A stretch of 24,000 nucleotides of DNA from assembly GCF_037565025.1 (NCBI RefSeq), contig NZ_CP148423.1; one strand, given 5' to 3'. Position numbers and translations under genes: made by a program. Under the pieces are notes generated by a model. It had not been told where the DNA came from, ran no database searches, and worked only from the letters and a program-made list of their open reading frames with translations. The stretch is from Escherichia coli (GTDB lineage Bacteria; Pseudomonadota; Gammaproteobacteria; Enterobacterales; Enterobacteriaceae). How positions within the stretch are numbered: position 1 is the stretch's first letter; each line of letters starts with the position of its first letter. Below, piece after piece: positions 10,222 to 20,806 of the stretch.

Positions 10222-10367
10222 TTCATTACCACTGACAAATAATATATTACGCATCAATTAATTCATTGTGTGAATATAAAATAATGTGCTCTATCTTGCT
10301 TCGTTTATCCTATAATTAGCGGATTCATCTCACTGATCACCCTGTAACGTTCAGAGAGCGTCTTCAG

Positions 10368-11588
10368 ATGTCTATTTATAAAATTCCTCTTCCGCTCAAT
10401 ATTCTGGAAGCTGCACGAGAGCGTATTACCTGGACACTCAACACCCTACCCCGCGTTTGTGTCTCATTTTCTGGCGGCAAAGACTCTGGTTTAATGCTGC
10501 ATCTGACAGCCGAACTTGCCCGACAAATGGGCAAAAAAATCTGCGTTTTGTTTATCGACTGGGAGGCGCAATTCTCTTGCACCATTAACTATGTTCAGTC
10601 CCTGCGCGAGTTGTACACCGATGTCATCGAAGAGTTTTACTGGGTTGCGCTCCCGCTTACGACGCAAAATTCCCTTTCACAATTCCAACCCGAATGGCAG
10701 TGCTGGGAACCTGATGTCGAATGGGTGCGTCAGCCCCCGCAAGATGCGATAACCGATCCTGACTTTTTCTGCTTTTACCAGCCTGGCATGACCTTCGAAC
10801 AATTTGTACGTGAGTTTGCCGAATGGTTTTCACAAAAACGTCCGGCGGCGATGATGATCGGCATCCGTGCGGATGAGTCCTACAACCGTTTTGTCGCCAT
10901 CGCCAGTTTAAATAAACAACGTTTTGCCGACGATAAACCATGGACTACGGCCGCACCAGGCGGTCATAGCTGGTACATTTACCCCATTTACGACTGGAAA
11001 GTGGCTGATATCTGGACCTGGTATGCAAATCATCAAAGTCTCTGCAACCCACTGTATAACCTAATGTATCAGGCAGGCGTTCCTCTGCGTCATATGCGAA
11101 TTTGCGAACCTTTTGGCCCGGAGCAACGACAAGGATTATGGCTCTATCACGTTATCGAACCGGATCGCTGGGCAGCTATGTGCGCACGAGTCAGCGGGGT
11201 AAAAAGTGGCGGCATTTACGCCGGACATGACAATCATTTCTATGGGCATCGGAAAATCCTCAAGCCAGAACATTTAGACTGGCAAGAATATGCATTATTG
11301 CTGCTCAATAGCATGCCGGAAAAAACAGCTGAGCATTACCGCAATAAAATCGCCATTTATTTGCACTGGTATCAGAAAAAAGGCATCGAGGTTCCACAAA
11401 CCCAGCAAGGGGACATTGGCGCGAAAGATATCCCCTCCTGGCGGCGGATATGCAAAGTTTTACTCAATAACGATTACTGGTGTCGAGCATTATCATTTAG
11501 TCCTACGAAAGCGAAGAACTATCAGCGTTATAACGAACGGATAAAAGGAAAACGTCAGGAATGGGGGATACTATGCAACAACGATTAA
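10368..11588 (+). CDS. ybdN: PAPS-reductase-like / PP-loop ATP pyrophosphatase family protein YbdN
   Basis: 406 aa; PP-loop signature VSFSGGKDSGLMLHL near the N-terminus. Confidence 0.92.
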   Translation: MSIYKIPLPLNILEAARERITWTLNTLPRVCVSFSGGKDSGLMLHLTAELARQMGKKICVLFIDWEAQFSCTINYVQSLRELYTDVIEEFYWVALPLTTQNSLSQFQPEWQCWEPDVEWVRQPPQDAITDPDFFCFYQPGMTFEQFVREFAEWFSQKRPAAMMIGIRADESYNRFVAIASLNKQRFADDKPWTTAAPGGHSWYIYPIYDWKVADIWTWYANHQSLCNPLYNLMYQAGVPLRHMRICEPFGPEQRQGLWLYHVIEPDRWAAMCARVSGVKSGGIYAGHDNHFYGHRKILKPEHLDWQEYALLLLNSMPEKTAEHYRNKIAIYLHWYQKKGIEVPQTQQGDIGAKDIPSWRRICKVLLNNDYWCRALSFSPTKAKNYQRYNERIKGKRQEWGILCNND

Positions 11589-12190
11589 CGCAGGATTTAA
11601 CGCAATTTCTCGCCAGCTTGCCGGAAGATGATCGCATCAAAGCGATTAATGAAATCCGCATGGCGATCCATCAGGTTAGCCCCTTTCGTGAAGAGCCAGT
11701 GGATTGCGTTCTGTGGGTTAAAAACAGCCAACTTATGCCTAATGATTACAACCCAAACAACGTGGCACCACCCGAAAAAAAACTGCTGAAAAAATCCATT
11801 GAAATAGATGGTTTTACCCAACCCATTGTGGTCACGCATACGGATAAAAATGCCCTGGAAATCGTGGATGGTTTTCACCGCCATGAAATTGGTAAAGGCT
11901 CATCATCATTAAAATTACGCTTAAAAGGTTATTTGCCGGTGACCTGTCTGGAAGGTACGCGTAATCAACGCATCGCCGCGACTATTCGTCATAATCGCGC
12001 TCGTGGACGCCATCAAATCACCGCCATGTCGGAAATCGTCCGTGAACTTAGCCAGTTGGGATGGGACGATAATAAAATTGGCAAAGAGCTGGGAATGGAC
12101 AGCGACGAAGTGCTGCGCCTGAAGCAAATTAACGGCCTGCAAGAGTTGTTTGCCGACCGTCAATATTCCCGCGCCTGGACGGTTAAATAG
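11561..12190 (+). CDS. ybdM: ParB/sulfiredoxin-like nuclease-domain protein YbdM
   Basis: 209 aa with a ParB-like core (IDGFTQPIVVTHTDKNALEIVDGFHRHEIGK) and a C-terminal helix-turn-helix-like region; overlaps ybdN by 28 nt (or 16 nt if translation starts at M5). Confidence 0.9.
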   Translation: MGDTMQQRLTQDLTQFLASLPEDDRIKAINEIRMAIHQVSPFREEPVDCVLWVKNSQLMPNDYNPNNVAPPEKKLLKKSIEIDGFTQPIVVTHTDKNALEIVDGFHRHEIGKGSSSLKLRLKGYLPVTCLEGTRNQRIAATIRHNRARGRHQITAMSEIVRELSQLGWDDNKIGKELGMDSDEVLRLKQINGLQELFADRQYSRAWTVK

Positions 12191-13351
12191 CTAAAGCTGG
12201 CGCAGGCGTTCAGCTGCTGCCAGCAACGTCGATTCCTTCTTGGCAAAACAGAGACGAATCAGTTTATGTGGGAAGGGATCGGCGCAAAACACCGACAGCG
12301 GAATCGCCGCTACGCCGTGCTCCTGCGTCAGCCACTGGCAAAACTCAACATCATCCAGGGTAGAAACCGCGCTGTAATCCACCAGCAAAAAGTATGTACC
12401 TTCACACGGTAAAATCTCCAGCCGGCTTTCATTTAAAGCATTCACCAGAATATCGCGCTTCTGGCGATAAAAGTCCGGTAACGCAAGATAATGCTCAGGT
12501 TCTGCACGTAGCATATCAGCAAGCGCCAGCTGTGCCGGGGTATTCACCGAAAAGGTCAGATACTGATGTACCTTGCGAATTTCGGCGCTGATGGGCGCTG
12601 GCGCAACACAATAACCCACTTTCCAGCCGGTCATATGATAGGTCTTGCCAAATGAAGAAACCGCCACTGCCCGCTCACGCAGCTGCGGATGCGCCAGCAC
12701 ACTGGCATGGCCCTGTTGTGAAAAGTTGATGTGCTCGTAGACTTCATCGCTAATGACAAAAATCTCGTGCCCGGCGATCGCCTGCCACAAAGCGGCGAAA
12801 TCAGCCTGCTGCCAGATAGTTGCACTGGGGTTATGCGGAGTGTTGAGGATCACCAGTCTGGTGCGCTCGCTTAATAATGCGGCAAATTCCTGCCAGTCAA
12901 CGCGAAAATGCGGTGGTTGCAGTGCCATACGCTTCACTATTCCCCCAGAAAGCGCGATGGCGGGGGAGTAACTGTCATAGCTGGGATCAAAACAAATCAC
13001 TTCATCGCCATTGCGCACCAGTGCGGTAATCGCCGCGTATAACGCTTCCGTCGCCCCTGCCGTTACGGTGATATCGCTATCGGCATCTGGTTGATAGCCA
13101 TACAAACGTTCCGTTTTCTGAGCAATCGCCTCGCGCAAGGCCTGCACGCCGGTCATGGGCGCGTATTGGTTTGCCCCCTGGGCAACGTGGTACGCCAGCC
13201 GCTCCTGTAAATAGCGCGGACCATCAAAATCAGGAAAGCCTTGCGACAGGTTAATCGCCTGGTGTTGCTGCGCCAGCGCGCTCATCTGGGTGAAAATAGT
13301 GGTGCCAAGTTGTGGAAGTTTGCTTTGTGGAATCAGAGGGTTATTTGTCAT
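12191..13351 (-). CDS. ybdL: Methionine-oxo-acid transaminase (PLP-dependent class I aminotransferase)
   Basis: 386 aa; MTNNPLIPQSKLPQLGTTIFTQMSALAQQHQAINLSQGFPDFDGP...; PLP lysine motif SFGKTYHMTGWKVGY. Confidence 0.95.
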   Translation of the reverse strand: MTNNPLIPQSKLPQLGTTIFTQMSALAQQHQAINLSQGFPDFDGPRYLQERLAYHVAQGANQYAPMTGVQALREAIAQKTERLYGYQPDADSDITVTAGATEALYAAITALVRNGDEVICFDPSYDSYSPAIALSGGIVKRMALQPPHFRVDWQEFAALLSERTRLVILNTPHNPSATIWQQADFAALWQAIAGHEIFVISDEVYEHINFSQQGHASVLAHPQLRERAVAVSSFGKTYHMTGWKVGYCVAPAPISAEIRKVHQYLTFSVNTPAQLALADMLRAEPEHYLALPDFYRQKRDILVNALNESRLEILPCEGTYFLLVDYSAVSTLDDVEFCQWLTQEHGVAAIPLSVFCADPFPHKLIRLCFAKKESTLLAAAERLRQL

Positions 13352-13417
13352 TTTTATTGTACCTGACGAAGTTGCGTGTTGAAGGCACTATAACACGATG
13401 CTAGTATTTGGCAATCA

Positions 13418-13433
13418 AGACGTTTAGATGTCT
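13418..13433. promoter_or_regulatory. Tandem MetJ boxes between divergent ybdL and ybdH
   Basis: Two abutting 8-mers AGACGTTT-AGATGTCT, each close to the MetJ box consensus AGACGTCT. Confidence 0.72.
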
Positions 13434-13459
13434 AAATAAAACAATAAGGACAACACAAC

Positions 13460-14548
13460 ATGCCTCACAATCCTATCCGCGTGGTCGTCGGCCCGGCTAA
13501 CTACTTTTCACATCCAGGAAGTTTCAATCACCTGAACGATTTTTTCACTGATGAACAACTTTCTCGCGCGGTGTGGATCTACGGCAAACGCGCCATTGCT
13601 GCGGCGCAAACCAAACTTCCGCCAGCGTTTGGACTTCCAGGGGCAAAGCATATTTTGTTTCGTGGTCATTGCAGCGAAAGCGATGTACAGCAACTGGCGG
13701 CTGAGTCCGGTGACGATCGCAGCGTGGTGATTGGCGTCGGCGGCGGCGCACTGCTCGACACCGCGAAAGCCCTCGCCCGCCGTCTCGGTCTGCCATTTGT
13801 TGCCGCTCCGACGATCGCCGCCACCTGCGCAGCCTGGACACCGCTCTCCGTCTGGTATAACGATGCCGGACAGGCGCTGCATTATGAGATTTTCGACGAC
13901 GCCAATTTTATGGTGCTGGTGGAACCGGAGATTATCCTCAATGCACCGCAACAATATCTGCTGGCGGGGATCGGTGACACGCTGGCGAAATGGTATGAAG
14001 CGGTGGTGCTGGCTCCGCAACCAGAAACGTTGCCGCTAACCGTGCGGCTGGGGATCAATAATGCGCAGGCCATTCGCGACGTCTTGTTAAACAGTAGCGA
14101 ACAGGCACTTGCCGATCAGCAAAATCAGCAGTTAACGCAATCATTTTGCGATGTGGTGGATGCGATTATCGCCGGGGGTGGAATGGTCGGTGGTCTGGGC
14201 GATCGTTTTACGCGTGTGGCTGCGGCCCATGCCGTGCATAACGGTCTGACTGTCCTGCCGCAAACCGAGAAATTTCTCCACGGCACCAAAGTCGCTTACG
14301 GAATTCTGGTGCAAAGCGCCTTGCTGGGTCAGGATGATGTGCTGGCGCAATTAACCGGGGCGTATCAGCGTTTTCATCTGCCGACTACGCTGGCGGAGCT
14401 GGAAGTGGATATCAATAATCAGGCGGAGATCGACAAAGTGATTGCCCACACCTTGCGCCCGGTGGAGTCCATTCATTACCTGCCAGTCACGCTGACACCA
14501 GATACGTTGCGTGCAGCGTTCGAAAAAGTGGAATCGTTTAAAGCCTGA
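13460..14548 (+). CDS. ybdH: Hydroxycarboxylate dehydrogenase A (iron-containing/glycerol dehydrogenase family), YbdH/HcxA
   Basis: 362 aa; MPHNPIRVVVGPANYFSHPGSFNHLNDFFTDEQLSRAVWIYGKRA..., with VIGVGGGALLDTAKALARR nucleotide-binding motif. Confidence 0.94.
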   Translation: MPHNPIRVVVGPANYFSHPGSFNHLNDFFTDEQLSRAVWIYGKRAIAAAQTKLPPAFGLPGAKHILFRGHCSESDVQQLAAESGDDRSVVIGVGGGALLDTAKALARRLGLPFVAAPTIAATCAAWTPLSVWYNDAGQALHYEIFDDANFMVLVEPEIILNAPQQYLLAGIGDTLAKWYEAVVLAPQPETLPLTVRLGINNAQAIRDVLLNSSEQALADQQNQQLTQSFCDVVDAIIAGGGMVGGLGDRFTRVAAAHAVHNGLTVLPQTEKFLHGTKVAYGILVQSALLGQDDVLAQLTGAYQRFHLPTTLAELEVDINNQAEIDKVIAHTLRPVESIHYLPVTLTPDTLRAAFEKVESFKA

Positions 14549-14557
14549 CGTGCAAAT

Positions 14558-14755
14558 TTAGCAGCAGCGCGCGCCGCCTTTTCCACCGTAGCGCGCGTCC
14601 TGCCGCTCACGGAAAAACTCCTCGTAGGTCATCGGCGTTTGATCGGGATGGTTAACCCGCATATGTTCGACATAGTTGTCGTAATCAGGCATACCAATCA
14701 TCAGCTTCGCCGCCTGACCTAAATATTTTCCGGCTTTTGCCAGTGAATCAAACAT
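14558..14755 (-). CDS. ybdD: DUF466 small protein YbdD (companion of CstA)
   Basis: 65 aa; [65 protein letters not shown]. Confidence 0.94.
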   Translation of the reverse strand: MFDSLAKAGKYLGQAAKLMIGMPDYDNYVEHMRVNHPDQTPMTYEEFFRERQDARYGGKGGARCC

Positions 14756-14867
14756 CTAAACCTCCGGTAATACAAATGCCCTCCTGAATTAAGAGGGCTT
14801 AATTGCTATCAACATGCTCGGGCTGAGAGTAAGGGGAACGCTCAGCACATCCCCCCTCACTCTGACT

Positions 14868-16973
14868 TTAGTGCGCACCTTTCGCCTGCGCTACGATCTC
14901 CTCAACATTTTCCGGCATTGGCTCATACGGCGTTTCTTTCGCCGTTGGCTTCGGCTCTTTCAATGCCGCAAGTGCCGTCTTAATCGAGAACAGTGCCAGA
15001 ACCACCACGACCACCATAAAGAAGATGGTTAACCCGGCATCCAGACGGTTGTTGAACACCAGTTGCGCCAGCTGTGACTCAGTATACTGCGACGGAATAT
15101 TGCCGCTGTCGATCATTGCCTGGAACTTGTTAGCAATGGCCAGGAAGCCGACTTTCGCATCCGGGCTAAACGCTTTCTGCCAGCCTGCGGTCAGGGTACA
15201 AATCAGTAGCCAGGCCGTTGGTACCAGCGCCACCCAGGCGTAACGTTGACGTTTCATCTTGAACAACACCACGGCACAGAGCATCAGCGCCATCCCTGCC
15301 AGCATCTGGTTGGCAATACCAAACAGCGGCCACAGAGTGTTAATACCGCCCAGCGGATCGACCACGCCCTGATGGAGGAAGTAGCCCCACGCCAGTACGC
15401 ACAGCGCCGTTGCCAGCAGGTTAGCAGGCAGTGAATCGGTCCGCTTCAGGCCAGGAGACACCACGCCCAGCAGATCCTGCAACATAAAGCGCGCAGCACG
15501 CGTACCCGCATCTACCGCCGTCAGAATAAACAGAGCTTCAAACAGAATGGCGAAGTGATACCAGAACGCCACATCCATCATACCACCCAGCGCACCGTGC
15601 AGGATGTAAGCCATCCCCACCGCCAACGTCGGCGCACCGCCCGCACGGGAAATGATCGACTGTTCACCCACTTCGCTGGCAATCTGGTTGAGCGTATCTG
15701 GTGTAATGCTAAAGCCCCAGCTACTCACCACCTGCGCGGCAGAAGCGACCACATCCGCCGTCCCTGCCGGAGCCAGCACCGCCATTGGGCTGTTCATGGC
15801 AAAGTAAACGCCCGGATCGATGATACAGGCGGAAACCAGCGCCATAATCGCCACGAAGGATTCCATCAACATTCCACCGTAGCCGATAAAACAAGCCTGC
15901 CCTTCGTTCGCCAGCATCTTCGGCGTGGTGCCGGAAGAGATCAGCGCATGGAAGCCAGACACCGCGCCACAGGCGATGGTGATAAACAGGAACGGGAACA
16001 GGTTACCGGTCCATACCGGGCCAGTGCCATCGACAAATTTGGTCAGCGCAGGCATGGTCAGCGTCGGGCGCATAATCAAAATGCCTACCGCCAGACCGAC
16101 GATCGTCCCGATTTTCAGGAAGGTAGAGAGGTAGTCACGCGGGGCCAGCAGCAACCACACCGGCAGCACCGCCGCCACAAAACCGTAACCCACCAGCATC
16201 CAGGTCAGCTGCACGCCGGTAAAGTCAAAGTACGGTGCCCAGGTCGGACTTTCTGCCACCCAGCCGCCAGAGATAATGGCGAAAATCAGGAATACCAGAC
16301 CGATGACCGACACTTCACCAATACGCCCCGGACGCAGATAGCGCAGGTAGATCCCCATAAACAGCGCCAGCGGAATGGTGAACGCAACGGTATACGTTCC
16401 CCACGGGCTATGAGTCAGGGCTTTCACCACGATCATCGCCAGTACTGCAAGGATAATGACCATGATCATAAAGCAGGCCACCAGCGCTATCACCCCGGCG
16501 GTTGGCCCCATCTCTTCTTTGACCAGCTCACCCAGCGATCGACCGTCACGGCGCGTAGAAACAAACAGCACCATGAAATCCTGCACCGCACCGGCGAGAA
16601 CCACCCCGGCGAGCAGCCAGATCATCCCTGGCAGGTAACCCATTTGCGCCGCCAGTACCGGCCCAACCAACGGACCTGCTCCGGCAATGGCCGCAAAATG
16701 GTGACCGAACAGCACTTTCTTGTCCGTCGGCACATAGTCCAGCCCGTCGTTATGGCGCACCGCTGGCGTCATACGCGTCGGGTCAACCGCCAGCACATTT
16801 TTGGCGATATACAGCCCATAAAAACGGTAAGCGATCAGATAGATACAGACCGACGCCACCACAATCCACAGCGCGTTGATCTGTTCCCCACGATTTAAAG
16901 CAATGTATCCCAGAGCAAATGCTCCCATTACAGAGAGCACTGTCCAGACGAGGTATTTCCCTGATTTGTTCAT
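14868..16973 (-). CDS. cstA: Carbon-starvation-induced peptide/pyruvate transporter CstA
   Basis: 701-aa polytopic membrane protein, MNKSGKYLVWTVLSVMGAFALGYIALNRGEQINALWIVV... Confidence 0.96.
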   Translation of the reverse strand: MNKSGKYLVWTVLSVMGAFALGYIALNRGEQINALWIVVASVCIYLIAYRFYGLYIAKNVLAVDPTRMTPAVRHNDGLDYVPTDKKVLFGHHFAAIAGAGPLVGPVLAAQMGYLPGMIWLLAGVVLAGAVQDFMVLFVSTRRDGRSLGELVKEEMGPTAGVIALVACFMIMVIILAVLAMIVVKALTHSPWGTYTVAFTIPLALFMGIYLRYLRPGRIGEVSVIGLVFLIFAIISGGWVAESPTWAPYFDFTGVQLTWMLVGYGFVAAVLPVWLLLAPRDYLSTFLKIGTIVGLAVGILIMRPTLTMPALTKFVDGTGPVWTGNLFPFLFITIACGAVSGFHALISSGTTPKMLANEGQACFIGYGGMLMESFVAIMALVSACIIDPGVYFAMNSPMAVLAPAGTADVVASAAQVVSSWGFSITPDTLNQIASEVGEQSIISRAGGAPTLAVGMAYILHGALGGMMDVAFWYHFAILFEALFILTAVDAGTRAARFMLQDLLGVVSPGLKRTDSLPANLLATALCVLAWGYFLHQGVVDPLGGINTLWPLFGIANQMLAGMALMLCAVVLFKMKRQRYAWVALVPTAWLLICTLTAGWQKAFSPDAKVGFLAIANKFQAMIDSGNIPSQYTESQLAQLVFNNRLDAGLTIFFMVVVVVLALFSIKTALAALKEPKPTAKETPYEPMPENVEEIVAQAKGAH

Positions 16974-17093
16974 AGTTGTTATCCGTGTGCGTGTCCATAG
17001 ATATGTTACATTTTGTTTCTATAACATCTTTGTACGATTTAACAACACGGTAACCATGTAAATCGGAGTTGAAACCAATATTTAACTTAACAA

Positions 17094-17109
17094 TGTTAAC
17101 TCGATCACT
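17094..17109 (-). promoter_or_regulatory. Candidate CRP-cAMP site upstream of cstA
   Basis: Minus strand AGTGA-TCGAGT-TAACA (consensus TGTGA-N6-TCACA, 8/10 core matches). Its centre lies about 90 nt upstream of a start site inferred from the -35/-10-like TTGTTA-N16-TATAGA (-10 at 17018-17023), consistent with reported cAMP-CRP control of cstA. Confidence 0.55.
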
Positions 17110-17153
17110 CCGTTAACCGAGTTTTCCTGCAATCTCATTTAATTCTGTCGGGC

Positions 17154-18315
<1,162 letters not shown>

Positions 18316-18316
<1 letters not shown>

Positions 18317-19173
18317 TATTTCACCTCGCGGGAGAGTAGCTTCCACCAGGCGTCGATGGTCGGGTTTTTCGCCAGCATGACAAAATCGATATCACCATGC
18401 ACTTTGCGCCAGCGCGCCGCCAGCGCCATCATGCGCACCGAATCCAGACCGTAGTCGATCAGGTTGTCGTCATCGAACGGTTCATCGGACTCGTCCAGCA
18501 ACGGCAGGATAACCTCACGCAGCGCCGCTTTGCTGGCGGGGACAGGTGCTGGCAGTAATTCTTCAGTCATCACCACCCGGCCAGACCGCCCGGCCACATA
18601 TTTCAGCGACATCAAATGCTCGTCACGGCTGAAATCGGCCAGCGCATCCGCCACCATAAACGGTTTAATATCGCGCATAAATGCGTCGGTTGCGGTGGTC
18701 ATACAGCCAATGTGGGCATATACCCCGGTAATAATCAGCTGGTTACGTCCACTCTCTTTGAGCATTTGCTCCAGCGGAGAACGATGAAACGCGCTGTAGC
18801 GCCACTTCACCAGCACCGTGTCGTCGGCATCTGGCGTCAGGCGATCCACCACCTTTTGCTGTTCCGGCGAACGGGTCAGGCCCGGCCCCCACATATCATT
18901 CAACAGCGCCCGATCTTCATCGCTCTGCTCTTTCGGCTGGGCGGTGTAATAAACCGGGATATTGTGCTGTTTGCAGTAGTCGCGCAGCGCAGCAATATTC
19001 GCGATCACCTGCTCCATCATCGGGCAGTTCTCGCCCCAGAAGCTGACAAAATAGTCCTGCATATCATGGATTAACAACGCGGCACGTTGCGGTTCAAAGG
19101 CCCAGTCAACTTTATTCTGCGGAATATCGTGAGACTCCGGCAGTGCGTAAGCCTGTAATTTTGGAATAGCCAT
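18316..19173 (-). CDS. entB: Isochorismatase / aryl carrier protein EntB
   Basis: 285 aa; N-terminal isochorismatase and C-terminal aryl carrier domain with LIDYGLDSVRMM phosphopantetheine site. Confidence 0.97.
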
Positions 19174-19186
19174 CGTGTTCTCTCCT

Positions 19187-20797
19187 TCAGGCTGATGCGC
19201 GTGACGCCAGCCACTGACGTAATTGTTTTTTATCGACTTTCCCGACCGCCGTCAGCGGAAGTGAATCCACACACTCCACGCGATCCGGTAATTTAAATTC
19301 GGCAATACCCTGTTCACGCAGGAAACGACGCACCTGCACCGCGCGCAGCGGCTCTTTTACCACCAGATAAGCACAGCTTTTTTCGCCCATCAGCTCATCT
19401 TCCATGCTCACCAGTGCGGCATAGATCACCGCCGGATGGCGCAGCAGCAGGTTTTCGATCTCTTCGGCAGCGATCTTCTCACCGCCACGGTTGATCTGAT
19501 CTTTCTCGCGCCCCTGCACGGTGATGTACCCCTCTGGATCAATAGAGATCAGATCGCCGGAACAGTAAAAACCGTTGGCATCAAAGGCGCTGGCATTGTG
19601 CTGCGGGCTTTTGTAATAGCCACGGAAGGTGTACGGACCGCGGGTCATCAGGCGTCCAACTTCCCCTTGCGGCAGTGGATTTCCTTCGGCATCGGCAACC
19701 CACACTTCATCGTCCGGACACATTGGGTAACCCTGGGTATGGATAATTTTATCCGCGCTATCATCAAGACGGGTGTAGTTCACCAGCCCTTCCGCCATGC
19801 CAAACACCTGCTGCAACTGGCAGCCAATCTCAGCGGGAATACGCGCCGCAAGGGTGGCAGAAAGACGTGCGCCGCCGACCTGTAACAGTTTCAGCGAGGC
19901 AAGCTGCGCCCGGCTTTCACCTTCGGTCAGCGCCTGCAACCACAGGCTGACTGCCGGTGGCACCAGCGCGGTGACGTTCACCTGATGTTTTTCAATCAAT
20001 GGGAAGCAAAGCGTGGCGCTGGGATCGGCCGCCAGAACAACCGTTCCTCCGGCAAGAAAGACGCCCAGCGATCCCGGCGAACTCATGGCGTAGTTATGAG
20101 CCGCCGGGATCGCGCACAGGTAGCGTGTCTGTTGTGTGAACTGACAAATCTCGACGCTACGACGCACGCTGTAGTAGTAGTCGTTATGAGTGCGCGGGAT
20201 CAGTTTCGGTGTGCCGGTGGTGCCGCCGGAAAGCTGGAAATAGGCCACTTCATCAGCAGGTGATGGCGTGGCAGTAAAATCCTCAGCCGGATGGTTAATC
20301 GCATCCTGCAAGTTATGCTCACCGCTGTCGTTGTGCAGTTGCACCACGCGAATGGAGGAATGTTCTGTGACGAAAGTATTGAGGAAATCATCCCCGCTAA
20401 ACAGCGCATGTTGGCGATCGGCAATCAGCAATGCGGGTTCAATCTGGCTGGCATAGGCGTTCAGTTCACTACGCTGATGGCTGAACAGCGCCAGCACCGG
20501 CGCAACGCCCAGTTTCAGCAGCGCGAAAAAGGTAATATACAATTCAGCGACGTTACCCAGTTGTACCAGCGCGGTTTCACCAGGTTTAATGCCCTGACGG
20601 CGTAAACTACACGCGAGGTTATCCGCCGCCTGATTCAGCTCCCGGTAACTCAACTGTCGCTCGCCGTCGATAACCGCGATGCTGTCACTCGCAGCGTGGC
20701 GAGTCAGAATGTCGGTCAGCGGCAAATCCTGCCAGTAGCCTTTTTCCCGATAGCGACGGGCAAACTCTTCCGGCCAGCGGGTGAATGGAATGCTCAT
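19187..20797 (-). CDS. entE: 2,3-dihydroxybenzoate-AMP ligase
   Basis: 536 aa; adenylation-domain motif [22 protein letters not shown]. Confidence 0.97.
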   Translation of the reverse strand: MSIPFTRWPEEFARRYREKGYWQDLPLTDILTRHAASDSIAVIDGERQLSYRELNQAADNLACSLRRQGIKPGETALVQLGNVAELYITFFALLKLGVAPVLALFSHQRSELNAYASQIEPALLIADRQHALFSGDDFLNTFVTEHSSIRVVQLHNDSGEHNLQDAINHPAEDFTATPSPADEVAYFQLSGGTTGTPKLIPRTHNDYYYSVRRSVEICQFTQQTRYLCAIPAAHNYAMSSPGSLGVFLAGGTVVLAADPSATLCFPLIEKHQVNVTALVPPAVSLWLQALTEGESRAQLASLKLLQVGGARLSATLAARIPAEIGCQLQQVFGMAEGLVNYTRLDDSADKIIHTQGYPMCPDDEVWVADAEGNPLPQGEVGRLMTRGPYTFRGYYKSPQHNASAFDANGFYCSGDLISIDPEGYITVQGREKDQINRGGEKIAAEEIENLLLRHPAVIYAALVSMEDELMGEKSCAYLVVKEPLRAVQVRRFLREQGIAEFKLPDRVECVDSLPLTAVGKVDKKQLRQWLASRASA

Positions 20798-20806
20798 CCT
20801 CGCTCC

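Noticed and set aside
15555-16898. 447-aa ORF antisense to cstA
   Set aside because: Very His/Arg/Gln-rich, low-complexity-like translation (MIPERHIHHTTQRTVQDVSHPHRQRRRTARTG...), entirely inside and opposite a conserved gene; typical by-product of codon bias in a high-GC coding gene.
15246-17061. Other short antisense ORFs across cstA and the ent genes
   Set aside because: All are contained in or opposite well-recognised genes and show no family resemblance.
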